Shown one piece after another: positions 18,501-26,852 of a stretch of DNA of 64,000 bases. The notes beneath the pieces were generated by a model, which was given only the letters and a program-made list of their open reading frames with translations, did not search any database and was not told the DNA's origin. Source of the stretch: a virus. Within the stretch, counting starts at the first letter, position 1. The number at the start of each line of letters is the position of its first letter. The position numbers and the translations under genes are program-made. Location: the IMG/VR virus record IMGVR_UViG_3300045988_129927; one strand, 5' to 3'.

Positions 18501-19442
18501 TTAGAAGAAGTTACATGGGTGCTTATTGAAAATTTTACCTTCACCGGCGGTCAGTTTAGGAATACTAGAAATCAAGATAGGTTTAGTCGTATTGACCTTA
18601 CCATTGATTTCAGGTACTTCAGTTGCTTGACCAGTAAGTACCGCATTTTCAGCTTCACTAAAGCGACCCAAGTACATATTGTCATACTGACCATTGTACC
18701 AACGGCTGATGAAGTTACTATTTGACATATCGGAAGAGTGAGTAAACTTGTTTTTGTTTCGCAAAACCAAGCTGTCAAAATCACGATAGTTCACATCAAT
18801 GGTATTTTTATTGAGGTCTGCACTAGAGACAATCTCCAAAGTACCATTAGGCATATTACCACTACGGGCAGGACTACCATCAGGACCCATAGAAATGTAA
18901 CGATAGCGACCTACTGGGTGTTGGAATGACTCTACACCCGCACTAGAGAACTCACCACCGTTTGCCATTGCGAAGAGCACAAATGAATTGGTATTAGGTT
19001 TAGCACAAGTGAAGACCATGGTTACATGATTGCCGTCGATGTCACCCATGTAACGATAGACTGGACCACCAGCTTCTACTACCTTACGAATTTCAAAGTT
19101 AGTAGTACCTTCTTTAAACAAAGTCCAACCATTACCAAAGTGGATGGTTGCACCGTTATCTTCAGTAGTCAAGCCACTACCATCATCCATGGCTTGTTCT
19201 TCAGGTGTGAGTTCAGTATCATCAACATTACCTGATGGGTCATTGGCGACTTCACCAGGTGTACCTTCTTTATCAGACAAAGCACGCAGTACGATAGCCT
19301 GCGCGTCTTTGTCCAAATTCTTAAAGTCATCAGAAGAGATAGTTTCTTTGATAACTTCGTCATTTGATTTAGTCTTTGCTTCTTCTTTAGAGCAAGCAGT
19401 TAAAGCAGCCAAGACAGCGATAGAGAGAATCAGTTTATTCAT
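18501..19442 (-). CDS. lipoprotein (313 aa)
   Basis: MNKLILSIAVLAALTAC is a signal peptide with lipobox L-T-A-C. TATATAAAGGAAATTCAAA leader. Confidence 0.7.
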   Translation of the reverse strand: MNKLILSIAVLAALTACSKEEAKTKSNDEVIKETISSDDFKNLDKDAQAIVLRALSDKEGTPGEVANDPSGNVDDTELTPEEQAMDDGSGLTTEDNGATIHFGNGWTLFKEGTTNFEIRKVVEAGGPVYRYMGDIDGNHVTMVFTCAKPNTNSFVLFAMANGGEFSSAGVESFQHPVGRYRYISMGPDGSPARSGNMPNGTLEIVSSADLNKNTIDVNYRDFDSLVLRNKNKFTHSSDMSNSNFISRWYNGQYDNMYLGRFSEAENAVLTGQATEVPEINGKVNTTKPILISSIPKLTAGEGKIFNKHPCNFF

Positions 19443-19506
19443 TTTGAATTTCCTTTATATAAGTAGATTAAGATTTAAATAGTGAAAGGAGAAATCATCC
19501 TTTTCA

Positions 19507-19528
19507 CTATAGTAGTATAGGTTTAAAA
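19507..19528 (-). promoter_or_regulatory. promoter-like motif, same class
   Basis: Minus strand reads ttttaaacctatactactatag. The leader hairpin gtgaaaaggatgatttctcctttcac follows. Confidence 0.5.
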
Positions 19529-19539
19529 TAATTTAAAAT

Positions 19540-19791
19540 TTAATTATAATCTTCAACATAGCCTTCGTCAATGAGACTATCGTGAAAATCCTCTAATGCA
19601 AAGTTGTTATCAAAAGCTTTTTTCATACTGGTGGTACGAGGACTTTGCATTAATGTTTCAATGCCTAGAATTACACTACCAATGTCACCAGAAGCAATTA
19701 AATCTTTAGCTGCTTCAAAACTAGTTTTATCTAGGTAGTTTAATTCGATAAACAACTTACGTCGTTTATTTTTATTTTTTGGAATAATCAT
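19540..19791 (-). CDS. hypothetical protein (83 aa)
   Basis: ORF with AAAAGGATACTCAAA RBS. No motif recognised. Confidence 0.55.
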   Translation of the reverse strand: MIIPKNKNKRRKLFIELNYLDKTSFEAAKDLIASGDIGSVILGIETLMQSPRTTSMKKAFDNNFALEDFHDSLIDEGYVEDYN

Positions 19792-19858
19792 TTTGAGTAT
19801 CCTTTTAAGCTACAATGTATTCAATAGAATAGAAATAACGCTTATTGTTTAACATAAA

Positions 19859-20131
19859 CTATACCTCCATTGAGCTATTGGTACAGAAGTCTACATGACG
19901 TGATTTAGTCAAAATTAGATTAGCGTGTTTTAATTGAGAAATCAATTCATTGTTTTCTTCAATAAAGTCACGCAATCGTTGTTTGAATGGTTCTTTGTAA
20001 ATTAACATTTTCTTACGAATAAATGTGTTTACTTCAGATTCAATTTGTAAACGAACAGAGAATTCTTCTTGACATTTAGAGAAGAACTCATCTACCTTTT
20101 GTTTAAATTGAATTAATTCATTTTCATTCAT
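19859..20131 (-). CDS. hypothetical protein (about 90 aa)
   Basis: ATG at 20131 (MNENELIQF...) overlaps the upstream stop (ATGAATGA). The track uses a GTG at 20140. Confidence 0.5.
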   Translation of the reverse strand: MNENELIQFKQKVDEFFSKCQEEFSVRLQIESEVNTFIRKKMLIYKEPFKQRLRDFIEENNELISQLKHANLILTKSRHVDFCTNSSMEV

Positions 20132-20420
20132 CTTTTGCACCCATTACCTTAATTAGTTCAGAACTAGAAATAACACCAACAGATACATCATTCCATACCA
20201 ATATATCGCCATATCTTGCTGTAATGGTTTCATTACCATACCGTGGTTTAATGGTTAATGTGTTAGTATGTGGATATGTTTCTACATGGTGTTTGAACTC
20301 TTCAGCATTTGATAACTGATAAACATATTCAGATAAGTCAAAATCACAAATCGTCAAGATATATGTCGTTAAATCTGTTTTGATAATCTTAAACTTTGCT
20401 TTATCCATTTCGTTAGCCAT
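20124..20420 (-). CDS. hypothetical protein (98 aa)
   Basis: ORF with AAAGGAATCCAAA RBS. No motif recognised. Confidence 0.55.
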   Translation of the reverse strand: MANEMDKAKFKIIKTDLTTYILTICDFDLSEYVYQLSNAEEFKHHVETYPHTNTLTIKPRYGNETITARYGDILVWNDVSVGVISSSELIKVMGAKDE

Positions 20421-20431
20421 TTTGGATTCCT

Positions 20432-21061
20432 TTATGTTTTAATACGGTAGAACTGATGATGTCCTACACGCACACTTTTTATAGCACGTGGTGCTGGTCG
20501 TACACCGTTTGAGCTAAAGAAGATACTACCACCTGTGTTGTCTACACGACGACCTGATACATGTTTCTGATAGATGTCACGTGCAATAGCACGAGCTTCT
20601 TCAGTAGGTGCTGTTCGAGAACGCAGTTTGTGGTTATGGTACCATTGAAATTGTCCGCGTTGTGTAACGACTTTACGGACGGTATTAGGAAAGCTTTTGT
20701 GTTTTACTCGATTGAGAATCACATTAGCCACTGCGTATTTACCACTACGAGGCTCACCACGTGCTTCATTGTGGATAGCCAAAGCCAACATATCGACTTC
20801 ACTGTTAGGAGATACATTAACTTCTTCTTTAACTACCTTTTGGTGGGTATTCTTTACATGCTTTTTAAGGTGGTGCTTCACCACTACGTGACGCACGTGT
20901 TTCTTAATACGAGGGTGTTTCTTCACTTTGTGTTTCTTGTGAAGTTTCACTACCTTGTGGGGTTTGTGTTTAGACTTCTTTACTTTGTGTGGTTTAGCTT
21001 CAGCTGAATAGGCCGTAGCTGCTAAACCTACTGCTACTAATGCTCCAATAAATTTCTTCAT
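20432..21061 (-). CDS. secreted SleB-type (Hydrolase_2) cell-wall hydrolase, probable endolysin (209 aa)
   Basis: Sec signal MKKFIGALVAVGLAATAYSA. A roughly 60-aa His/Lys-rich tract follows. The C-terminal domain LALAIHNEARGEPRSGKYAVANVILNRV...FPNTVRKVVTQRGQFQWY matches the SleB/CwlJ-type motif. Confidence 0.7.
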   Translation of the reverse strand: MKKFIGALVAVGLAATAYSAEAKPHKVKKSKHKPHKVVKLHKKHKVKKHPRIKKHVRHVVVKHHLKKHVKNTHQKVVKEEVNVSPNSEVDMLALAIHNEARGEPRSGKYAVANVILNRVKHKSFPNTVRKVVTQRGQFQWYHNHKLRSRTAPTEEARAIARDIYQKHVSGRRVDNTGGSIFFSSNGVRPAPRAIKSVRVGHHQFYRIKT

Positions 21062-21073
21062 TTGATACTCCTA

Positions 21074-21574
21074 TTACTTAATGGTTTTATACAAATCTTC
21101 TACCACATCAATGTGGTCAGAAATTTTCTTAGAAATACGATGGCAAGCATCTTCCATCTTATCTAAGATATCTTCTGCTTTATAACATTCGTTATAAGTA
21201 GAAATGATATATTCATCTTGAGCAAACTTCAAAATAGAATAATGCTCATGGTCACTGAATCCTGCACTGTCGTACAGTTCAAATTCAATAGTGCCAGTGT
21301 GAGCATCTTTAATATAGACTTTAATGTCTATTTTAAGTATGCGATCATTAAATATTTTCCCATCTGTACCATACACTGGTTCAGCTACTTTGAATTTGAC
21401 TTGTTTACAACGAGGTTCTTCTTCATTTAACCAGTATTGGATATTCTTGATGATGTCTTTGTGAATATCCTTTGGAGTATGGTAAGCATTATTAAAATAC
21501 TCACCAAATTCTTTAGGTTGGTTTTGGTTTTTATTAACCAGATTGATGATTTGATTTTTGATGTATTTAAACAT
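21074..21574 (-). CDS. hypothetical protein (166 aa)
   Basis: ORF with TATATAAAGGAAACTTATC leader. No motif recognised. Confidence 0.65.
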   Translation of the reverse strand: MFKYIKNQIINLVNKNQNQPKEFGEYFNNAYHTPKDIHKDIIKNIQYWLNEEEPRCKQVKFKVAEPVYGTDGKIFNDRILKIDIKVYIKDAHTGTIEFELYDSAGFSDHEHYSILKFAQDEYIISTYNECYKAEDILDKMEDACHRISKKISDHIDVVEDLYKTIK

Positions 21575-21630
21575 GATAAGTTTCCTTTATATAAAGTGAG
21601 AAAATAGACGATTAATATTAATCGTTTTCA

Positions 21631-21651
21631 ATATAATAATATAGATTTGAA
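21631..21651 (-). promoter_or_regulatory. promoter-like motif, same class
   Basis: Minus strand reads ttcaaatctatattattatat. It abuts structured element copy A. Confidence 0.5.
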
Positions 21652-21722
21652 TTAATATTAAATTAATTCAAGCGACTTAGGTCTTAGGTGTTTTACACAC
21701 CGTAAGTTATTTAAATTAATTT
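21645..21722. repeat. structured intergenic element, copy A
   Basis: atttgaattaat-atta-aattaattcaa-gCGACTTAGgtcttaggtgt-ttta-cacacCGTAAGTTAT-ttaaattaattt. Confidence 0.6.
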
Positions 21723-21744
21723 AGATAACTTCTTTGTTATGAAA

Positions 21745-21785
21745 GGAAAAAAAGAAAGACAATGCTTGCTACACTGTCTTTCTTT
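21745..21785 (-). terminator. rho-independent terminator of the orphan small ORF
   Basis: 11-bp stem (aaagaaagaca / tgtctttcttt), a 13-nt loop and a T7 run on the minus strand. Confidence 0.6.
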
Positions 21786-21815
21786 GCATTTGTGATAACA
21801 ATCATTATTTTTGGC

Positions 21816-21959
21816 TTAGTAATGATTGTTGTTAGCCCAAGAATCTAATGTTTGGTTTTCAGCTGCTAGTGCTGCTTCCAGCCATTCATTTTCTTCTTGG
21901 GTTATTTCACCAAGCATCTTCTTAATTTGAAGTACTTGAATCTGATAACTAGATCCCAC
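21816..21959 (-). CDS. possible small protein (47 aa from GTG, or 33 aa from ATG at 21917)
   Basis: Hand translation gives (M)GSSYQIQVLQIKKMLGEITQEENEWLEAALAAENQTLDSWANNNHY. A strong GGAAAGGAGG lies 8 nt before the GTG. Its own terminator sits at 21745-21785. Below the track size cutoff. Confidence 0.35.
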   Translation of the reverse strand: MGSSYQIQVLQIKKMLGEITQEENEWLEAALAAENQTLDSWANNNHY

Positions 21960-22075
21960 ATGGTTCACCTCCTTTCCGCGACAATATTTACTCTATACTC
22001 CTGGGCTAACAGGAGTATAGAGTAGTCGCTATTATGTTTTAATCTATAAAGAATTTATTTATTTCTTTATTACCA

Positions 22076-22096
22076 TTTAAATAATATATACTCGAA
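22076..22096 (-). promoter_or_regulatory. promoter-like motif, same class
   Basis: Minus strand reads ttcgagtatatattatttaaa. It lies downstream of terminator 22110-22146 and upstream of the orphan small ORF. Confidence 0.45.
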
Positions 22097-22109
22097 TTAA
22101 AATAGCTTA

Positions 22110-22146
22110 TTACTCTACTGGCCCCTATACGAGGTCAGTAGAGTAA
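22110..22146 (-). terminator. hairpin terminator
   Basis: 11-bp stem (ttactctactg / cagtagagtaa), directly after the stop at 22151. Confidence 0.55.
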
Positions 22147-22150
22147 ATAG

Positions 22151-22807
22151 TTACATGCAAGGTAAAGTATTGGTTTTACGTGGCTCAACAAACATGTTAA
22201 TTCGTTGAGTGTTTTCTAAAATCAAATAAAATTCATTGTGTGTGTTTAAATCATTTAGAATTTCTTTAACTTTAGTTTTATCAGTTACTAAGTAAGAGTT
22301 ATCACCTACATTAATAGAACTGATGGGAATAGGATGTGAAGTCTCTGTAGCACCTAAGTCAAACATGAAGTAACGACCTTTAGTTGGCAGTACCGTATCT
22401 TTAGGAGAACAGATATAATACATCACGCGTTTAAACTTACCGTTTTTAGAAGCAGTATTAAAGTAAGAAACAATCTTATTGTCCTTATCGTCACGAGTTA
22501 GACCTAATTTGGTTTTAATGTCTAAAACAGGTAATTGATAAGGTTTAATTACATCTTCTACACTATTAGTAGTAGCTTCTTCTACAACAGTGTTACCTGT
22601 TTCTTGTTTAACTTCTTCTTTTACTACTTCTTGTTTAGTTTCAGTAGGTTTATTTTGTTCTACTGTTGGTGTAGTAGTAGTCTGAGTTTGTGGTTTATCC
22701 ATTTTTGCTGAACAACTTACATTGATAAAAATGATACCAATTAAGAGTAGAGCAATAATACCTAATGTGATAAGTGGTTTTTTATTAAATGCAGATTTTA
22801 CTGGCAT
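22151..22807 (-). CDS. membrane-anchored or exported protein (218 aa)
   Basis: N-terminal hydrophobic segment LITLGIIALLLIGIIFINVSC, then a Thr/Glu/Lys/Val-rich linker and a C-terminal globular part. Overlaps the upstream ORF by 10 nt. Confidence 0.65.
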   Translation of the reverse strand: MPVKSAFNKKPLITLGIIALLLIGIIFINVSCSAKMDKPQTQTTTTPTVEQNKPTETKQEVVKEEVKQETGNTVVEEATTNSVEDVIKPYQLPVLDIKTKLGLTRDDKDNKIVSYFNTASKNGKFKRVMYYICSPKDTVLPTKGRYFMFDLGATETSHPIPISSINVGDNSYLVTDKTKVKEILNDLNTHNEFYLILENTQRINMFVEPRKTNTLPCM

Positions 22808-23451
22808 GTGTGTTTTCCTTTCGATGGATGGATGGTATTGAAACCACCTGCGTTATTGTTAATATCAAGAACTGGAGCTTCATCACAATGACAATCATGA
22901 GATGAATTATCCCAGTATGCTTTATTAAAGAACTGGATTTGTCCTTTTTCATCTTGCCAAGAGAAAGAGTGTACACTTAGCAATTCTTCTAGATAAGTGC
23001 GTTTACCATTTAAACCTAGAATTTGATAATAAGGCTTATTGACTAAAATCTTTACTTTATCGGAAGACATAAGATAAGAAGGACCACCTACTGCAACATC
23101 TACTAACATATGGTCGGTAGAGAACATTTGCCAAAGTTTAACAGTAGAAGAAGTAATGAGTTCAGTTCTTAGTTTATTGACACCATTTACTGGTTTTGCA
23201 GAAATAGTATAAATCTCAATATCTTCATGTACAGCACGTTTGAAACTAAAGTCTTGAGAGGGTAAATCTCTTTTTTGAATGAGTTTCAGTTTATGTAAAA
23301 GCTGCTCTACTGTTTGAATAGGACAAGGTGAACCTGCTAGTACTACTTCACCTGTTTGTGACATGTGCCATGTAGGTTGGTTAATGGAATCGTACAGTAA
23401 TTTATCTTTGGGCATTGAAGAGAGTTCTTCAATCAACATTCTTAAATTCAT
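22798..23451 (-). CDS. hypothetical protein (217 aa)
   Basis: ORF with TAATAGGAGTATCCTAA RBS. No motif recognised. Confidence 0.65.
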   Translation of the reverse strand: MNLRMLIEELSSMPKDKLLYDSINQPTWHMSQTGEVVLAGSPCPIQTVEQLLHKLKLIQKRDLPSQDFSFKRAVHEDIEIYTISAKPVNGVNKLRTELITSSTVKLWQMFSTDHMLVDVAVGGPSYLMSSDKVKILVNKPYYQILGLNGKRTYLEELLSVHSFSWQDEKGQIQFFNKAYWDNSSHDCHCDEAPVLDINNNAGGFNTIHPSKGKHTCQ

Positions 23452-23524
23452 TTAGGATACTCCTATTAGGGGTGTAAATATAAATTCTCATAGAATTGCC
23501 CGATAAATAGACAAAAAAATAATA

Positions 23525-23556
23525 GACTACTACGAGGTTTTATCCCCGTAGTAGTC
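23525..23556 (-). terminator. rho-independent terminator
   Basis: 10-bp stem (gactactacg / cgtagtagtc). A T7 run lies a few nt downstream on the minus strand. Confidence 0.6.
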
Positions 23557-23562
23557 CAATAC

Positions 23563-25050
23563 TTATTTACCTAACAAACCAGAAGCTTCAGATTCCTTAG
23601 AGTAGTCTCGGTTGATGCTATCTTCTACCGAGAATTTTTCAGGATAACGAGCTTTCAGTTTTTTGAATACTTTATCAGCAACAGTTTCCATATCCATATC
23701 GTGATAAAATGCCAATGAAGTTAACACAGTAAGAATTCTCTCAACTGTGTTCAAGAAATTGCTAAGCAACACACTTGTTAAAGGTTGACCGTAGAAGTAG
23801 TGTTTCTTATAATCATCGATTACAGAAGCAATACGAGACAATTCACTTTGGAATATTCCCATAAAGAAATCATCTTGATTAACATCTTTATCAATATGTA
23901 AAGAATAAGTAGTATTCAGTTTACAAGACGTGATATAGCTAACAATCTTGCTGCCACAGATATTGATACCTAATCTTTCCGCAATATTATCTTCAGAAGA
24001 AATAATCTTTTCAGTAATTACACGGTCAAGGTCATATAGTGCAATACCACAGTACCAAAGAGTATCACCTACTTCAGACAACATACATTGAACTTGCTCA
24101 TCTGTTAATGGTTTTTTCTCAAAGATAGCTCGTTTGGTTTCAACATCAAAAACTTCATTGAGTTCACCCAAGATACCTACCATGTCATGGAAGAGTGCTT
24201 TGCTGATGTCTGCATTATAGGTAGCATTAGTACGATTTGCTAACTGCATGAATTCATACCAACCCATACCACTAACATCTACTTTGCTAACCATACCATG
24301 CAATTCAGAAGCCAGTGTTTCTGGTTCTTCATTAGCTACATCGATAATCACGAATTTAGGTTTACCAATAACCAACCAGAAGAAAGAACTATAGTGTTTT
24401 TGATATTTCTCATGACTAGCCATAGACTCTTTGTCGAATGTTTTATCGTACTCTTCACCATTTAGTTTCTCTTTTGGAAGATTAAATGGTGTTTCACGAG
24501 TAACATTAACAAATACATCTACCATATTTTTAAGACATTTTACGTGACGGTGTTCTCTGTTTACAACTAATGTTTCAAGATTACTCACATTATTGTAAGA
24601 ATAACCGTAAATCAAAGAAGAAATAATAGTACGGTCTACCAACAAGTAAATATCTTTATTGGTTTTAATATTGTTCAAGAGCATACGTACTACGTGCAAT
24701 TGTTCAATCTTACCTTCGCAAATAAGTTGAACATTTGCTTCTCTGATATATTCAGATGTTGCATTTTCAATTACAATACCAGTATTGGTTTTTTTACCCA
24801 ATACAAGATCAATACCATGAGCAGTATGTTCACGAGCTTTTTGATAACGAGCTTGATATGGTGTCAGATAGTCTTTATCTACACCTTCAAATGAGAAGAT
24901 GTCGTATTCTTTACCATAAGTAGATTCGTCACCTGTAGGTTTATGGATAAATACCAAGTTACCTTCATTCTGAAGTTTCTTAGCATAAGCTTTAATCAAA
25001 GTAGTTTTACCTACGTTAGAGCTACCTTCAAATGCGATTACTTTAATCAT
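23563..25050 (-). CDS. dNMP (thymidylate-type) kinase fused to MazG-like NTP pyrophosphohydrolase (495 aa)
   Basis: N-terminal P-loop IAFEGSSNVGKTT and DRTIISSLIYG match Tmk IEGLEGAGKTT and DRY..S..AYQ. The C-terminal half carries ILGELNEVFD...EVGDTLWYCGIAL, the MazG E..E / E..D..W pattern, plus a second helical repeat. Confidence 0.65.
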   Translation of the reverse strand: MIKVIAFEGSSNVGKTTLIKAYAKKLQNEGNLVFIHKPTGDESTYGKEYDIFSFEGVDKDYLTPYQARYQKAREHTAHGIDLVLGKKTNTGIVIENATSEYIREANVQLICEGKIEQLHVVRMLLNNIKTNKDIYLLVDRTIISSLIYGYSYNNVSNLETLVVNREHRHVKCLKNMVDVFVNVTRETPFNLPKEKLNGEEYDKTFDKESMASHEKYQKHYSSFFWLVIGKPKFVIIDVANEEPETLASELHGMVSKVDVSGMGWYEFMQLANRTNATYNADISKALFHDMVGILGELNEVFDVETKRAIFEKKPLTDEQVQCMLSEVGDTLWYCGIALYDLDRVITEKIISSEDNIAERLGINICGSKIVSYITSCKLNTTYSLHIDKDVNQDDFFMGIFQSELSRIASVIDDYKKHYFYGQPLTSVLLSNFLNTVERILTVLTSLAFYHDMDMETVADKVFKKLKARYPEKFSVEDSINRDYSKESEASGLLGK

Positions 25051-25073
25051 TTTGGTTTCCTTTATTTAAGGGT

Positions 25074-25367
25074 TTAATTGGCTTCTTGTTGATTAAGAAG
25101 TTGTTTCACACGTCTAATAACATAGAGTGCATTTTTATCACCAAGGAGCATTTTAGTAACCTCCTTGTCAATAAATTCCTGACGACTATCGTCTTCACTG
25201 TCTACAATTGCTTGTGCTTTTATATCCAGTTTTTCAATTCTATCATTCTCTTCGATAGGTTTATTAATTTCATCAAAGTAAAATGAAAGTTTACCTAACC
25301 TACTTTTAGAATGTTGTCTCGTTAACATTGGTCTATCACCAATATTTAAATCAGTATTTACATCCAT
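25074..25367 (-). CDS. hypothetical protein (97 aa, start revised)
   Basis: ATG at 25367 (MDVNTDLNIG...) follows AAAGGATATAAA. The track start at 25382 lies inside that RBS. Confidence 0.55.
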   Translation of the reverse strand: MDVNTDLNIGDRPMLTRQHSKSRLGKLSFYFDEINKPIEENDRIEKLDIKAQAIVDSEDDSRQEFIDKEVTKMLLGDKNALYVIRRVKQLLNQQEAN

Positions 25368-25437
25368 TTTATATCCTTTCATGGAATAGATGTGATATAC
25401 ATCAAATGGAGATATATATCAAAGGAATATCTCATCA

Positions 25438-25459
25438 ATTAAATAATATAGGTTTAAAA
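25438..25459 (-). promoter_or_regulatory. promoter-like motif, same class
   Basis: Minus strand reads ttttaaacctatattatttaat. Confidence 0.5.
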
Positions 25460-25509
25460 TAAATTAAATATACAGGTACCCTATTCATTTAGGGTACCTG
25501 TATTCGCTA

Positions 25510-26850
25510 TTAATATTCTTTACAAAAGATAAACAAACCAGTAGTGGTTTCGTAAGCAGTAGAAGTCATGCCTTGACCAGTAGCTTGTGTATAATGGTGT
25601 GCTTTTAGTAACACTCCTTCAAGCATTAATTGCTCATTCTTCTCACCTGTATAATGGATACGCATAATAGAACCAGGTTTAACTAAATCTGGATTAGAGT
25701 TATTCCAAACCACAGAATAGAGTTTACCTACTTTACCTTCTAGAGTAGAGACTTGTTCGTACACATTGGTATTGATTTTAGCCTGTGCCAATGGCGCGTA
25801 TGTTACGTTATTGGGTGATTCGTTGATGATAAACTCATTAACAGATTGACCACGAGATACTAGTGCTTTATTACCATCTACTTTTACAGCATCATCTGTA
25901 TCTTGTACATTAAGATTAACAGTTCTTAAACCATTACCATGATTCAATAACTTAGCTGAATTATTATCTACTGATTCATTTTCTATTGTACCGATAATAT
26001 AAAGGTCATTACCTTCTATTCGATAAGTAACAGGTGTATGTTGTAATAAATCACGAGAAGTAACAAAGATATTAACATATCGTATTTTATTGTCTCGTCT
26101 ATCTAAACCAAACTTAGGATAGACATACCACATACCATTTTGGATATAGTGACTTAATCCTTTTTTATAAATACCATAAGAAAACTTTTGTAAGTAATTA
26201 GGTAAGTTAATCAAACGAGTAGTATGGGGTACAGGGATATTACGATAAGTATCTTGATTATCTGGTTCGACAATATCAATACCTTGTAATGCATCGTGGT
26301 TATCCAAACCTTCAATCTTAGAACCTTCGTTCATTAGCATGGTCACTAATGCTTCATCTACACGACAATCTACAAAATTAGTCCCTGCTTGAATAGTCAA
26401 TAGTTTTTCTACTAAGATAGGCACTAATTGAAAGTCTATCTTAATCACATCCATTTTATTCAAGTCTTCAGTGGAAGCATTTTGAGCAATAGCCATTACC
26501 TTACGAACATTGATTGGATTCTTACAGTATCCTTTATAACGCTGAATAGTTTGATACGTACTAATCGCACTGGGTGATTTTTGTACGGTAATTTCAATAT
26601 CGTCAATATAAGGATAAATCATGTCTGCCCAAATACCAGGAGATAACATTACTTCAATCGTGATTTCATCTGCTATGTTTTTATCATAGTCTCTTGAAAT
26701 ATCTAAAGACAAGACTTTTAAAGTACGATAAGTCACATTCTTTTTAATAACGTGTATATAAGCCTGTGTATAATCGTAAAAAGCAGGTGAATTACCTTTT
26801 GCTATTTTGATAATTTCACCATTAGCTGGATTGGTCATGTTATCAAACAT
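25510..26850 (-). CDS. hypothetical protein, last gene of a 4-gene coupled block (446 aa)
   Basis: Long ORF. Its start is 2 nt after the upstream stop (TAAGTATG). Confidence 0.75.
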   Translation of the reverse strand: MFDNMTNPANGEIIKIAKGNSPAFYDYTQAYIHVIKKNVTYRTLKVLSLDISRDYDKNIADEITIEVMLSPGIWADMIYPYIDDIEITVQKSPSAISTYQTIQRYKGYCKNPINVRKVMAIAQNASTEDLNKMDVIKIDFQLVPILVEKLLTIQAGTNFVDCRVDEALVTMLMNEGSKIEGLDNHDALQGIDIVEPDNQDTYRNIPVPHTTRLINLPNYLQKFSYGIYKKGLSHYIQNGMWYVYPKFGLDRRDNKIRYVNIFVTSRDLLQHTPVTYRIEGNDLYIIGTIENESVDNNSAKLLNHGNGLRTVNLNVQDTDDAVKVDGNKALVSRGQSVNEFIINESPNNVTYAPLAQAKINTNVYEQVSTLEGKVGKLYSVVWNNSNPDLVKPGSIMRIHYTGEKNEQLMLEGVLLKAHHYTQATGQGMTSTAYETTTGLFIFCKEY

Positions 26851-26852
26851 AC

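Noticed and set aside
20800-21000. Treating the His/Lys-rich tract of the lysin as a DNA-level tandem repeat or VNTR.
   Set aside because: The nucleotide repeats are short and degenerate (cacaaagt-like words). The periodicity is at the protein-composition level, so it is reported as a protein feature instead.
21762-21848. Plus-strand 28-codon hydrophobic ORF (MLATLSFFAFVITIIIFGLVMIVVSPRI), convergent and overlapping with the minus-strand micro-ORF. I considered it as a type I toxin-like peptide.
   Set aside because: Its ATG sits in the loop of the minus-strand terminator hairpin (21751-21785). There is only a weak purine stretch as RBS and no promoter motif in the plus orientation. It is more likely a by-product of the terminator and the AT-rich sequence.
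21575-22150. tRNA genes or a CRISPR array in the large ORF-free regions (21575-22150, 30492-30912 and 34267-34501).
   Set aside because: I found no cloverleaf-compatible sequence with a GTTCRANYC-type T-loop. The repeats present are single hairpins or three dispersed copies 13-21 kb apart, not regularly spaced direct repeats with spacers.
22785-22976. Same-strand nested or alternative-frame ORFs. Examples are 22785-22976, 18572-18784, 19169-19363, 29648-29869, 31847-32050, 34756-34968, 59892-60128 and 61665-61883.
   Set aside because: They lie entirely inside longer ORFs with recognisable motifs or proper leaders. They have no independent start signals.
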